From a virus (taxonomy: Duplodnaviria > Caudoviricetes), in IMG/VR virus record IMGVR_UViG_3300038335_000008, positions 1-33,908 of that record: 33,908 nucleotides of DNA. The stretch is one strand, 5' to 3'. The notes beneath the pieces were generated by a model, which was not told the DNA's origin, searched no databases, and saw only the letters and a list, made by a program, of their open reading frames with translations. Both the position numbers and the translations under genes were made by a program. This document shows, piece by piece, positions 16,704-25,853 of the stretch (the first letter of the stretch is position 1; each line of letters starts with the position of its first letter).

Positions 16704-17017
16704 GTGTGCATCTCTAATTGTCGAAGCGTTAAATCAATCGGGTTGGGGGTGAAATCAAGAATGTCTTGCGACTGTATGACTTCATATATTCCCTCGCCTG
16801 TTATCTCTACATAATCGTGTGCATCGATTCCGATAATGTGCGGGATTCGTATCACTCTTGCAATATCGGTCTGAGCTGCTTGCGCTGCATAGAACCTTTT
16901 AAATCCAAGAATCCTTTTTTGAAATCGTATGCCTGTATGCTTAACTACCCTTTCATCGTTTTCATCAAGTCGGTAAATCTCACAAACACCGTCGTTGTAG
17001 ACGGGCTGATTAAACAT
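16700..17017 (-). CDS. Head closure/stopper protein
   Basis: YNDG...RFYAA...VIRIP pattern; position in the head-tail module. Confidence 0.75.
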   Translation of the reverse strand: MFNQPVYNDGVCEIYRLDENDERVVKHTGIRFQKRILGFKRFYAAQAAQTDIARVIRIPHIIGIDAHDYVEITGEGIYEVIQSQDILDFTPNPIDLTLRQLEMHT

Positions 17018-17288
17018 TGATATACCTTATCTGCAATTCTAGATACTCACTGTCATATCGGATTTTGAATACATCCCTCTGACCATAATATGAATATCTG
17101 ACAAACGCTTTTAAAAGCGCTCTAGCGGACAAATCACTTTCAAAGTCAACTAAGTCGCTTACTTTGTTTTGGATGTCTTGTGCGCCCTCCTTGATGTAGG
17201 TAACGAGGATTGTATCAGGGTAAGAAGAGGGAGTGGCTAACTCCCCCTTGATTTCAACTAGTAATGACGAAATTAGGGCTTCGTTCAT
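17010..17288 (-). CDS. Head-tail connector (gp6-like adaptor)
   Basis: Helical, LLKAFVRY; follows the capsid gene. Confidence 0.75.
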   Translation of the reverse strand: MNEALISSLLVEIKGELATPSSYPDTILVTYIKEGAQDIQNKVSDLVDFESDLSARALLKAFVRYSYYGQRDVFKIRYDSEYLELQIRYINV

Positions 17289-17308
17289 GGAAAACCCTCC
17301 TTTCTAGA

Positions 17309-18439
17309 TTAAACTACAGCGACTGTGTTAACGGTGTCGATGTAACGTGCTAAACCGGAAATATCCAATACAACTGCACAAGCGTCATCAACCGCACGAC
17401 CATTACCGTAAGTCTTAGCAATTAACACGTCGACATCATCCAATGCCTTGGTTTCTTTGTAGACATCCAACTTCACGGCTTGAATACCCAAGTCATACAT
17501 GTTCGGCAATGCCAATACAGGAGAGCCCTCATCACAGTTGACAGTTTGAATAACTCTTGTTGGGAATGAGAAGTTAGGTGCCCAAGTGCCATTAACGAAA
17601 GACATCGAAGCAGGAAGAATCGTAGCGAAGTAATCTGCCGGATTACAAATCAATAAGACTTCTTCAACTTTGCGTTTTCCGCCATTGGTTAAAACTTCAA
17701 TAACCGGCCCGTAATCTTCAGGGGCAAACGTTGCCAATGCAACTGCGGTTTTAGCAGTGTGAACACCGTCAACCGAAGTATTTAGTAAGCGAGAGAATCC
17801 GATAGGTTCATCTTTTCCGTCGCCATCAATAACTGCATATTCCAAACCATCAACCATTGCTTCTGCCAAGATAGCACGGAAGTAACGGTCTACGTAGGCT
17901 TCACCCAATGCAACGATGCCTTTAGGTACTAACAGATACGCGGCCAAACGGAATGCATCCATGTTGATACCGGTGATAGTTGCAGACAGTTCAGCAGAGA
18001 TAGAAGCAGTAATAGCCCCCCAAGCGGCAGCACCAGTAGCAGCAGCCGAGATCCATTTCTTAACGCCTGCAGGTACGATACGGACATAACCCAATAAGCC
18101 GGATTCTTTCTTAACAGAATCAAGAGTACGCTCGATGATCGTTACAGGGATGACATCTTCTTGTTCGAAAGTCAGAGCATTTTTAACACCAACGCCGAAC
18201 TTCGAATAGAAAGCCTTTTCATCTTTGTTTAACGTACGAAGACCCAACGATTTAGCGAAGTCTGCGTCTTCTTGGGCACGGACTGCATCTTGTGCGTACT
18301 GTTCAACGATTCCAGCGGTACTGGCTTCGATAAATTCATGCATTGCACTTAAAATGGCTTCCGTTTTATTCTCAACAGGTGCTCCCTCGATTTTTGCGGT
18401 CAAGGATGCGAGTAGTTCTTTGTTTGTATTCAATTTCAT
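17309..18439 (-). CDS. Major capsid protein (HK97 fold)
   Basis: IPVTII, AVIDGDGKDEPIG, YGNGRAVDD; follows the protease gene. Confidence 0.92.
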   Translation of the reverse strand: MKLNTNKELLASLTAKIEGAPVENKTEAILSAMHEFIEASTAGIVEQYAQDAVRAQEDADFAKSLGLRTLNKDEKAFYSKFGVGVKNALTFEQEDVIPVTIIERTLDSVKKESGLLGYVRIVPAGVKKWISAAATGAAAWGAITASISAELSATITGINMDAFRLAAYLLVPKGIVALGEAYVDRYFRAILAEAMVDGLEYAVIDGDGKDEPIGFSRLLNTSVDGVHTAKTAVALATFAPEDYGPVIEVLTNGGKRKVEEVLLICNPADYFATILPASMSFVNGTWAPNFSFPTRVIQTVNCDEGSPVLALPNMYDLGIQAVKLDVYKETKALDDVDVLIAKTYGNGRAVDDACAVVLDISGLARYIDTVNTVAVV

Positions 18440-18451
18440 TTCTTTTTCCTC

Positions 18452-19120
18452 CTATTTTTTCCCGAAATATTTTTCCCATGCATTGATAGGTTCTTGTTTC
18501 GGATTCAATTGTTTTTCTACATTTTTCAACTTTTCAACAAGCCCGAATAAAATGCTTGATTCTAACGAAGCTTTGGCGGATTCTTCTTGAATCTTAGTTG
18601 CAAAGCCCATTTCAAACGCTTCTTCGGCTGTTAACCATGTTTCTTCATTCATCATCTTTTGGATTTTCGACACGGGTAATCCTGTCGCATCACAGTATGA
18701 CTGAATGATCGGTTCATTGATTTTGGCTAAGTCTTCTGCCATCTTCTTAAAGTCTTCACTGTCGCCGGATGCAATCGTCCATGCGTTATGAATCATCAGT
18801 AATGATGTCTTCGGCATGACTCGGGTTTTCCCGGCAACAAACACAACACTAGCAGCGGAACAAGCAAATCCATCACAGATCGTTGTGACATGCCCTTTCC
18901 ATTCTCTGAGCAAGTTGTAAATACCCAATCCCTGACTCACCTCACCGCCATAGGAATTAATTCTTACGGTCAAATTCGGTGTAGTCACTTGTGCTAGTTC
19001 ATCAGCAAAGTCATAATGAGTAACGTCATTTTCAAACCACTTCATTGATACGATGTCGCCATAAATATTCAGTTCTGTGTTTGATTCGTCTTTGTTTTTA
19101 AAGGCAAAGAATTTTTTCAC
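18452..19120 (-). CDS. ClpP-type head maturation protease
   Basis: INSYGGEV, ACSAAS, MIHNAW, ETWLTAEEA. Confidence 0.95.
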   Translation of the reverse strand: MKKFFAFKNKDESNTELNIYGDIVSMKWFENDVTHYDFADELAQVTTPNLTVRINSYGGEVSQGLGIYNLLREWKGHVTTICDGFACSAASVVFVAGKTRVMPKTSLLMIHNAWTIASGDSEDFKKMAEDLAKINEPIIQSYCDATGLPVSKIQKMMNEETWLTAEEAFEMGFATKIQEESAKASLESSILFGLVEKLKNVEKQLNPKQEPINAWEKYFGKK

Positions 19121-20262
19121 TATTTCTCACCCCCTTTCGTACTTTCCGAGTAGTTCTTTGTTACATGGTGTTCATCCGCCCAGTCTTCTTCTACCCTAGG
19201 CATTGATAACCAACGACGGATTTCATTGTGTGAAAAACCAATCGCAAAGTATTTATCCATTGCTACGGCTGAGTCGATGACATCGAAATGCTGAATACGC
19301 AATTTATCGATGACGATGCGCTCGCCTTTGATGTACTTCTCTTTTTCAATCATGTGTCCATTCAGAGCGTCTTCTAATACTTGAATCGGGTTATCGACTG
19401 CAAATGTCAAGAAATCCGTCATGCTTGTTGATTTCTCGGTTTTAGTTCCGAAAAATACATCACGAGGGATATGAAATGCAGTAGCGACATCTTCGAATAC
19501 ATGTCTGATCAGATTTCTAAAGTCAGTCGAATCTTTATTTGGTATCTTCTCACCCAATATCTGTAATTCAATGCTCTTGTCCACAGGGATACCGACATTA
19601 TCGCCCTCAAACAAGCCTCTTAATGTCGTGTTCAGATACGTCTGTGCGTCGATTTCTACGTCTTCGTTTTCCTTTTTGACCTTCCATTTTCCAGGCATCT
19701 TGGCAATGATTTTCATTCCGTTCTTCTGACGGTAATCATTGAGTGCATAAGAAATCATCGTGTCCATATTGGCGTAGTATTTCTGCATCAGTTTTGCGAT
19801 TTCATCGTTGTTTTGTTTTACGAGAATCACATCATCTGCTGAAAATGTCTTATTCAGTTTGTAATTTCCGATTGTGACATTTGAGTAGGTTTTGGAAACG
19901 AGTACCTTATCATTGACTTCGAATGAATCAGCGAGATAGAGCCCGTTGTTGTGGATGACTACCAGTGCGCCTGTTTCGTAATCTTGAAATGATTTTTTAG
20001 TGACTCTTTTCCAAAATGCCGTACCATCATCATTGGGATTTGGTCGGACATTTAACGTATAATATTCTTCATCAAATTTTTCTTTGACTTTGCCACCCTC
20101 GATTGCATAGTGTCTAAACTCACATTTTGAAATTGTGTTAGCGATCATATCGATTGCTTTTTCCATTGCAATGGTCTGTGCTTCAAACTCCAATCCTGCG
20201 GTACTGACGACTAATTGATAAACGGTGTTGGTCTTCGGAAAAATTTGTAACCACTCAAACAT
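19120..20262 (-). CDS. Portal protein (HK97 family)
   Basis: LNVRPNPN, VATAFHIP, NEIR; follows TerL. Confidence 0.92.
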   Translation of the reverse strand: MFEWLQIFPKTNTVYQLVVSTAGLEFEAQTIAMEKAIDMIANTISKCEFRHYAIEGGKVKEKFDEEYYTLNVRPNPNDDGTAFWKRVTKKSFQDYETGALVVIHNNGLYLADSFEVNDKVLVSKTYSNVTIGNYKLNKTFSADDVILVKQNNDEIAKLMQKYYANMDTMISYALNDYRQKNGMKIIAKMPGKWKVKKENEDVEIDAQTYLNTTLRGLFEGDNVGIPVDKSIELQILGEKIPNKDSTDFRNLIRHVFEDVATAFHIPRDVFFGTKTEKSTSMTDFLTFAVDNPIQVLEDALNGHMIEKEKYIKGERIVIDKLRIQHFDVIDSAVAMDKYFAIGFSHNEIRRWLSMPRVEEDWADEHHVTKNYSESTKGGEK

Positions 20263-20281
20263 TCATACCCTCCTTTCACGC

Positions 20282-21958
20282 TCACATATAGAGCACCACT
20301 TCTTCTAATAATTCCCGTTGGGTCATGGCATGAACGAAAGCCATGAATCCGTCATTTTTTCTCAACTTCGGTTCAATTTTTTCATATGCCATATTCCCCT
20401 TTCGGTCTGTAATCACCATCGTGTTATTTGTGTACCAACGCATGATGGCGGAGTTACCAAAGTTTATAAGTCTGTTCGCAAAAGCAACATCAATCATCGG
20501 TGCTACTAGGTTATGTGTAATTGGCCCTGAGCGCACGAGAACAAGCAACTGATAAGGGTCTTCCTTCGTTCTTGGTATGACGTTGTACTTTTCAAAGGCT
20601 TGTTTCATCAATTCAAATCGGTATCCATCCATTGCGATGGCTTGAAGGTCGTATTTCTTGGATTCTTCCATGACCCACTCAACGATCAACTCTGCCGGTA
20701 TGGTTGGTGTACTTACGACTTCGAAATCTTCAAACCCCGGATTCCCTTGATTTGCTAACGGAAACTTAATTCCATCGAAGTGGGATGAATGTCTGCATAC
20801 CCATGTTTTTTGTCGCCATATCCACTCATCATCATCCTTAAAAAGAAAACCGGCAGAAGCAAAGTCACGCACACTTGCATAGTCAATAGCAGCGACACAT
20901 GATTTTCTTTCGAGCTTCATTGTGAGTCGGATGATTCGTTCGGATTCTTTCGCTTCAGGGTTTTGATAAGTTGTGGCTAGGATGTTTACCCAATTGGTAA
21001 CAGAAAGTTTTTCATCACGTTCAGGAATATTCATTCGTTTCGTCATAAACTCTGCACGCTTGGATGGTACGATTTTCATTTCGTGATACTGAGTGATCAA
21101 TTCGTTTTTAAGATCTTGCCGGTAATGGATGCTCGGATTTGCTTTGACCCACTTATTCATTTCATCCACTTCATTTGGGTCATCGAGCGTATAAATAAAA
21201 GGCAAATACTTTAGTTCTTTGTACTCACCTTTTAAAACATAATCACAGGTGTCCATCAGTTCATCCAACGGGCCACCTCTTACATGACCTTGAGTTGAAA
21301 TGATGATTTTACGGCAGTGTTTGACTTTGCCAAAGCCGGATTCAAATGTGGATATTTGTTTGTTGTCATCGTATCCGTGATACTCGTTATAAAGAATCAA
21401 TCCCGTTTGCTTACCGTCTTTAGTACCAGCGTTGGATGTGTTGAATCTCAATCTTGACATCGTGCTGAGGTTAACGATTTTCTCACGGGTGATGTAGAAA
21501 TACTTTTTGAAAAATGGATAATTGACTTTATCAGTCATCATGTCATGAACCACATCAAAGGTATCCTGTGCTTGTTGTTCAGCGTTGGCCACAATGTCGA
21601 TGTGATACTTCTTTACGCCGTATTTCTTCGTCTGAAGAAAGTTTACCAATGGCGCAATGAATCCGTCTTTACCATTACCACGCCCCATGATGATAATGAT
21701 TGTTCTGAATAACACTTGTCCTTCGAAGTACATGAAGAAAAAGGCATAAATGAACTTCTGATAGGGAAACAAGGGATAATAGTACCGCTCAACATATTTC
21801 AAACACTCTCGATAGGTATTTTCATCAAAAAACACATCATCACGTTCCAAAGTCGGTAAAATGACATTTTCTATGGCTTGATGGATGCGTTTAGGTACTT
21901 CATTTGGATAATCTCGGCAGTAATCAAGGTAGGTTTGAATCTCCGCACAATGGATCAT
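20282..21958 (-). CDS. terL: Terminase large subunit
   Basis: Walker A GRGNGKD, Walker B LILYNEYH, ISTQG, KANPS, nuclease IDYA...DF and RKNDGFMA. Confidence 0.96.
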   Translation of the reverse strand: MIHCAEIQTYLDYCRDYPNEVPKRIHQAIENVILPTLERDDVFFDENTYRECLKYVERYYYPLFPYQKFIYAFFFMYFEGQVLFRTIIIIMGRGNGKDGFIAPLVNFLQTKKYGVKKYHIDIVANAEQQAQDTFDVVHDMMTDKVNYPFFKKYFYITREKIVNLSTMSRLRFNTSNAGTKDGKQTGLILYNEYHGYDDNKQISTFESGFGKVKHCRKIIISTQGHVRGGPLDELMDTCDYVLKGEYKELKYLPFIYTLDDPNEVDEMNKWVKANPSIHYRQDLKNELITQYHEMKIVPSKRAEFMTKRMNIPERDEKLSVTNWVNILATTYQNPEAKESERIIRLTMKLERKSCVAAIDYASVRDFASAGFLFKDDDEWIWRQKTWVCRHSSHFDGIKFPLANQGNPGFEDFEVVSTPTIPAELIVEWVMEESKKYDLQAIAMDGYRFELMKQAFEKYNVIPRTKEDPYQLLVLVRSGPITHNLVAPMIDVAFANRLINFGNSAIMRWYTNNTMVITDRKGNMAYEKIEPKLRKNDGFMAFVHAMTQRELLEEVVLYM

Positions 21959-22281
21959 AAGCCGTCATCGTCGTTCTTTTCTCTGATGGTCGGTACTTTT
22001 AAGCCCAACTCGGATAATATCTTTAGCATCTGTGCGCTGACCTTGATTAGTCTTTCAACCGATTCATTCGGTTTTGTGGTTTCAATTCCGTTTCCACTGG
22101 TAATTTCCATGCGTAACCCGTTCTTTTGGATGTCGGATTGCAATTTTTCCTTCAAATCGACCAATTCCATGTAATGTGTGATTAAATCGTTGTAATATTC
22201 GCCGATGTGACCTACATTTTCGAGTTGATTCAGTAAGTCACGCTCGATTATTGCTCTTTTTTTCTTGTCGATGATGACCAC
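21955..22281 (-). CDS. terS: Terminase small subunit (P27-like)
   Basis: DIQKNG...KPNESV...QMLKILSELGL; directly upstream of TerL; start codon uncertain. Confidence 0.88.
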   Translation of the reverse strand: MVIIDKKKRAIIERDLLNQLENVGHIGEYYNDLITHYMELVDLKEKLQSDIQKNGLRMEITSGNGIETTKPNESVERLIKVSAQMLKILSELGLKVPTIREKNDDDGL

Positions 22282-22378
22282 CCTTTCTCATGTGCGCGCC
22301 TGTATAGAGGTACGGTACCCTCCCATACCCCGTTACCTAAGTTAAAACCCCCTATATTCAGATTTGACCGGGGGTATA
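22282..22378. other. Probable cos (cohesive end) region
   Basis: Non-coding gap between HNH and terS with G/C runs (minus strand CCCCCGG...GGGGG...AACGGGGTATGGGAGGG), the layout of 3'-cos HK97-like phages; exact cut site not determinable. Confidence 0.55.
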
Positions 22379-22741
22379 TTACCATTGTTCATCATTTAAG
22401 TGTGTTTTCTTCTCATGTTTGACCCATCGACCCTCTATAATGTCGTGACAATCATGACATAAGGACACTAGATTGATTAATTCAAGGCATTTCTCGGGAA
22501 ATTCCTTTAAAGATTTGATGTGATGTACTTCTGTTGCTGTTGTCAAGGTTGTTTTCTCTATCTTATCGAAAGTTCCTTTACATCTCTGACATTCTTGCTT
22601 GTCTCTCATCAAAGCTTCTCGTCTTTTGTCAGACCATTCTTTAGATTTATAGAAGTAAAGCACATCACCATCTTTTATTCTTGTGATGAAGTCCTTTGGT
22701 TTAGTGTTATATCGTTTCGGTCTGTTGGGTTGTCTTCTCAT
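22379..22741 (-). CDS. Terminase-associated HNH endonuclease (HK97 gp74-like)
   Basis: FYKSKEW...RD..ECQRC...EVHHI...NLVSLCHDCH. Confidence 0.92.
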   Translation of the reverse strand: MRRQPNRPKRYNTKPKDFITRIKDGDVLYFYKSKEWSDKRREALMRDKQECQRCKGTFDKIEKTTLTTATEVHHIKSLKEFPEKCLELINLVSLCHDCHDIIEGRWVKHEKKTHLNDEQW

Positions 22742-23548
22742 CTATATCCCCAATGTGCACGTTATCTTCTTTCTGCCTTGTGTGTGTAATGTCGCATATG
22801 TGACATCCAGTGAAGATGGTGCAAATCCGTATCTCAATCCATATCCGCCAAATCGCATATAGGCATTGGCGTTGATATAGTATTTCTTCTTCTCTACTAA
22901 TCTCCTATTCTGATAGTCACATACGAACGTTCTCATTGCGTTTAATATTGGTGTGTGCGTATGGTTGGTTATGTATAAGTCTGCATCTGCAATGATCTTG
23001 TCTAGGTCGTTCAATGAGTTTAACTTCGAGCCGTTCTTTTTCCCTCCGCCAAATCCATGTTGCGAGAAGATACTGTAAACTTGCTTCTTCAGATTGCTCT
23101 CTCTTGTGTTGTGGCTTCTTCCAACGCTGACAAACAACAGAAACGAGTTAGGCGAATATCTGTCCTCTAGTCCGAGTCTTACCGCCATGTAACGTGATGG
23201 GTCAATCCCTGTGAGTTTATACGTTCTCTCTTCGTGGTTGCCTGTACCTATGGCTAATATCCTATCCCGTATCTTCATGAATCGTCGTGATACTCGTGCT
23301 ATCTGTTCTTCCGGGTTGTTCTCCTCGGAGTAAATATCCGATACTGCCGTCTTAATAGCATTGTTGATCATATCCCCGTTGAGTATTGCATATCGGTATG
23401 GTTTCGCTAGGATGTACTCGATAACGCTATCCATCAAGGCTTCGTCACAAAATTCATCGCCCTCATGATAATCTCCGATAGGTATGATTTCTACTCGTTC
23501 CAAATCTTCGGGCAAATCTACGGTTATTACCTTGATGTCATCTCTCAT
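22742..23548 (-). CDS. Calcineurin-like metallophosphoesterase
   Basis: GDYHEG, NGDMIN, GNHE, HG, NHTH motifs; GGAGGA RBS before ATG 23548. Confidence 0.88.
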   Translation of the reverse strand: MRDDIKVITVDLPEDLERVEIIPIGDYHEGDEFCDEALMDSVIEYILAKPYRYAILNGDMINNAIKTAVSDIYSEENNPEEQIARVSRRFMKIRDRILAIGTGNHEERTYKLTGIDPSRYMAVRLGLEDRYSPNSFLLFVSVGRSHNTRESNLKKQVYSIFSQHGFGGGKKNGSKLNSLNDLDKIIADADLYITNHTHTPILNAMRTFVCDYQNRRLVEKKKYYINANAYMRFGGYGLRYGFAPSSLDVTYATLHTQGRKKITCTLGI

Positions 23549-23578
23549 TGCTTTCCTCCGATTACATTTCTTTCTATT

Positions 23579-23693
23579 TTCTCTCGGTAAGGATTTGCAC
23601 CTTACATTGTCCGTACATCGCATAGGACTCTCGCACATTACTGCGTGCCACAAAATGTACTTTGATAGCGTCTACCTATTCCGCCACAAGAGA
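23579..23693 (-). ncRNA. tRNA-like RNA with non-canonical anticodon region
   Basis: Acceptor TCTCTTG/CGAGAGA, class-II-type D arm TGGCGGAATAGGTAGACGC, T arm GTAAGG-TGCAAAT-CCTTAC, about 60-nt structured insert, no encoded CCA. Confidence 0.75.
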
Positions 23694-23703
23694 TTAAGCA
23701 CAT

Positions 23704-23732
23704 AAGAAAAGCGGAGTGTTTTTCCTCCGCTT
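23704..23732 (-). terminator. Terminator-like hairpin in the late leader
   Basis: GCGGAG-8 nt-CTCCGC followed by TTTTCTT. Confidence 0.6.
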
Positions 23733-23761
23733 GCCCAACTGACTTTGAGTGGGTTTCTTTT

Positions 23762-23803
23762 ATGATACCATTGTCGCACGTCTAATCATGTAACATGTTG
23801 CAA
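23762..23803 (-). promoter_or_regulatory. Putative activator-dependent late promoter
   Basis: Extended -10 TGGTATCAT with upstream tandem GCAACAT/GTTACAT, downstream of a RinA/ArpU-like gene and upstream of the packaging genes. Confidence 0.55.
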
Positions 23804-23816
23804 CTTTTATAAAATG

Positions 23817-24395
23817 TTAATCAAAATCATCTTCGTCTAATATACCTGCAATTCTCGCTAACTGAAATGTCATTTTGTCTAAATCTGCCATCATCTTTTC
23901 TTTTAACTCTCTATTCTTTTCGTGTTGAAATTTACATCTCTTTTTAAGTTCATCAATCTTATTATATGCGCCGTTCAGTTGTTTCCTTTGTTCCTCTACT
24001 TTCTTCTCTAAGTCGGGTATCTTCTTCTGTTGCATATACTGTTGATACATTCCTTCGCAATCAACACCTTTGTATCGCAATATGCCATCTTGATAACTCA
24101 ATCTTAATCCATCTGAAAATAAGGAATCATTTATTATTTTTAGTGAATAACCATGAATGACCAAATCATCTCCTTTTATTAAAATCTTAGGTACTTTAAC
24201 CTTTTCTTGTTCGACTTCTTTATAAGGTAATTTTTCAACGTATTCCTCAGGAACACCTACATCATCAACCTCGTTAAAATAGTAATAAAAGTGTCCGTCA
24301 ATTTCTCTTGTGTCTACAATGCTATAAATTGTGTTGGGTTTCCACAAATTACACTTTCCTTTGTAAATAACATAATCTCCTACTTTGTATTTCAT
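23817..24395 (-). CDS. Hypothetical protein (SH3-like N-terminus, C-terminal coiled coil)
   Basis: MKYKVGDYV start; coupled ORF. Confidence 0.7.
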   Translation of the reverse strand: MKYKVGDYVIYKGKCNLWKPNTIYSIVDTREIDGHFYYYFNEVDDVGVPEEYVEKLPYKEVEQEKVKVPKILIKGDDLVIHGYSLKIINDSLFSDGLRLSYQDGILRYKGVDCEGMYQQYMQQKKIPDLEKKVEEQRKQLNGAYNKIDELKKRCKFQHEKNRELKEKMMADLDKMTFQLARIAGILDEDDFD

Positions 24396-24793
24396 GTTTC
24401 CTCAATGTACCTTTCTATCAATTTATTGATTATCCTCCATATCTGCACTCGGTCATAATTATATTTTTGTTCTAATCTCGTCTGATTCATCCGCTTGATG
24501 TACTTATCCTTTATCAACTCATCACACGGCTTCGGGCATACCTTGATAAATCTGTCTGCTAAATCCACCATAATCCGAGCATTGTACATTTGTGCAAATA
24601 GGTTCGTCTTTTTCTGTATCAGTACAAGTCGGAAGTCGCCACGCTGCGATGGTGGTTCAGGCATTTTTATCGGGCCGCTCTTTACGTTCTGCATTTTCAC
24701 ATCGATTCCCTCGAGTTCTTTCGAAATCCGATCAATCAGTTCCAGATGATAGTGATAGTTCTCGAGTGCTTTTTTGATGTCCTCCGCTACCAT
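24392..24793 (-). CDS. RinA/ArpU-family late transcriptional activator
   Basis: IKKALENY N-terminus and sigma-4-like C-terminal HTH (LIKDKYI...YNYDRVQIWRIINK); at the end of the early region. Confidence 0.75.
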   Translation of the reverse strand: MVAEDIKKALENYHYHLELIDRISKELEGIDVKMQNVKSGPIKMPEPPSQRGDFRLVLIQKKTNLFAQMYNARIMVDLADRFIKVCPKPCDELIKDKYIKRMNQTRLEQKYNYDRVQIWRIINKLIERYIEET

Positions 24794-25056
24794 TCCTGTC
24801 CTTTCGGTATATCTCTCGTTTTGTCCTCATTTTCTACTTGTCGGACTCTGAAGTAAATGCAATAAATCAATAAGTAGATGTACATTTCAAACTCTTTTCC
24901 GCACCACTGAAATTCGGGTAAATCTTCCGTGTCGTGAATTTCGCACACATATTTTTCTGCTGGTCGGTATAATGATACAATCCCTATTTCGTACTGATGT
25001 TGAAGTTTCCAAGAAGTGAAACCGAACACCCATTTTAACTTCCTTTTGGTTTCCAT
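24787..25056 (-). CDS. Hypothetical protein
   Basis: AGGAGG RBS; fills the gap after ssb. Confidence 0.65.
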   Translation of the reverse strand: METKRKLKWVFGFTSWKLQHQYEIGIVSLYRPAEKYVCEIHDTEDLPEFQWCGKEFEMYIYLLIYCIYFRVRQVENEDKTRDIPKGQEW

Positions 25057-25064
25057 ATTTCCTC

Positions 25065-25445
25065 CTAGAACGGCAAGTCATCGGGACTTGGTTCAAAGTT
25101 GTCTACAAAACTGTCAGATTTTGATTCATTTCCGCTTTTTTTAGCGACAGGCAAACTGACATGACTCGCCACGACCTCCGTGACATAGACTTTCTTCCCA
25201 TCCGAGCCATCATATGACCGAGTTGAGATTCGACCCTCTACGGCTACGATATCGCCCTTAGCACCGTACTGACTAACATAGTCTGCTGATTGATTCCATG
25301 CTACACATTTAATGAAGTCTGTTTTATCTCGGTCGAACGAGTTCGGTACTGCGACGGTAAACGACGCTACACTTTTCCCTGTGGATGTTTTTTTATTTTG
25401 AGGTTGCTCCGTTAAGCGACCTACTAATACGACGTTGTTAATCAT
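25065..25445 (-). CDS. ssb: Single-stranded DNA-binding protein
   Basis: MINNVVLVGRLT...TDFIKCVAW...VEGRI...DDLPF. Confidence 0.96.
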   Translation of the reverse strand: MINNVVLVGRLTEQPQNKKTSTGKSVASFTVAVPNSFDRDKTDFIKCVAWNQSADYVSQYGAKGDIVAVEGRISTRSYDGSDGKKVYVTEVVASHVSLPVAKKSGNESKSDSFVDNFEPSPDDLPF

Positions 25446-25536
25446 TTTCCCTCCCGTTGGCACAGAATAGTGCACAAGTGATAAACCCTGCTGTAAAGAT
25501 TAAACTGGCTATTAGCCAATATGCGATGATGTTCAT
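25438..25536 (-). CDS. 32-aa hydrophobic peptide (MNIIAYWLIASLIFTAGFITCALFCANGREND)
   Basis: AGGAGG RBS, single TM helix. Confidence 0.6.
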   Translation of the reverse strand: MNIIAYWLIASLIFTAGFITCALFCANGREND

Positions 25537-25544
25537 GTTTCCTC

Positions 25545-25853
25545 CTAGAACAATGTTAGTTGTTCTTCTTCAAGTAACTTCGGGCTTATTGATTTTATTT
25601 GTTCCCTTAGTCTGTCTAATACATATTCGATGTTAGGACTCGCATAACTGTAACCCGATAATTTTTTATCGTGACTGTGATGAAATAAGTCTTTTCCCTC
25701 GTAATCGCCATATCGGGCCAACGCTACATAAACCGTGATTTTGTGTTCGCCTTTGCGAAATATATTCAAGGTTATGTCGTGCCAACTTTCTCTGTCAAAA
25801 CTCACTTTTGGAAATTCTTTTTTGAGTATCTCGCTAAGTTGCTCGTTCGTCAT
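25545..25853 (-). CDS. Hypothetical protein
   Basis: ORF ends in QLTLF, a beta-clamp-binding-like motif. Confidence 0.7.
   Translation of the reverse strand: MTNEQLSEILKKEFPKVSFDRESWHDITLNIFRKGEHKITVYVALARYGDYEGKDLFHHSHDKKLSGYSYASPNIEYVLDRLREQIKSISPKLLEEEQLTLF

Noticed and set aside
23549-23653. 35-aa N-terminal extension of the phosphoesterase in the ORF track
   Set aside because: It overlaps the tRNA-like RNA, and the strong GGAGGA RBS points to ATG 23548.
23579-23693. Ordinary tRNA-Leu/Ser/Tyr or tmRNA
   Set aside because: There is no canonical anticodon arm, the T-loop is TGCAAAT with a 6-bp stem, and it is far too short for tmRNA with no tag ORF; kept as a tRNA-like ncRNA.
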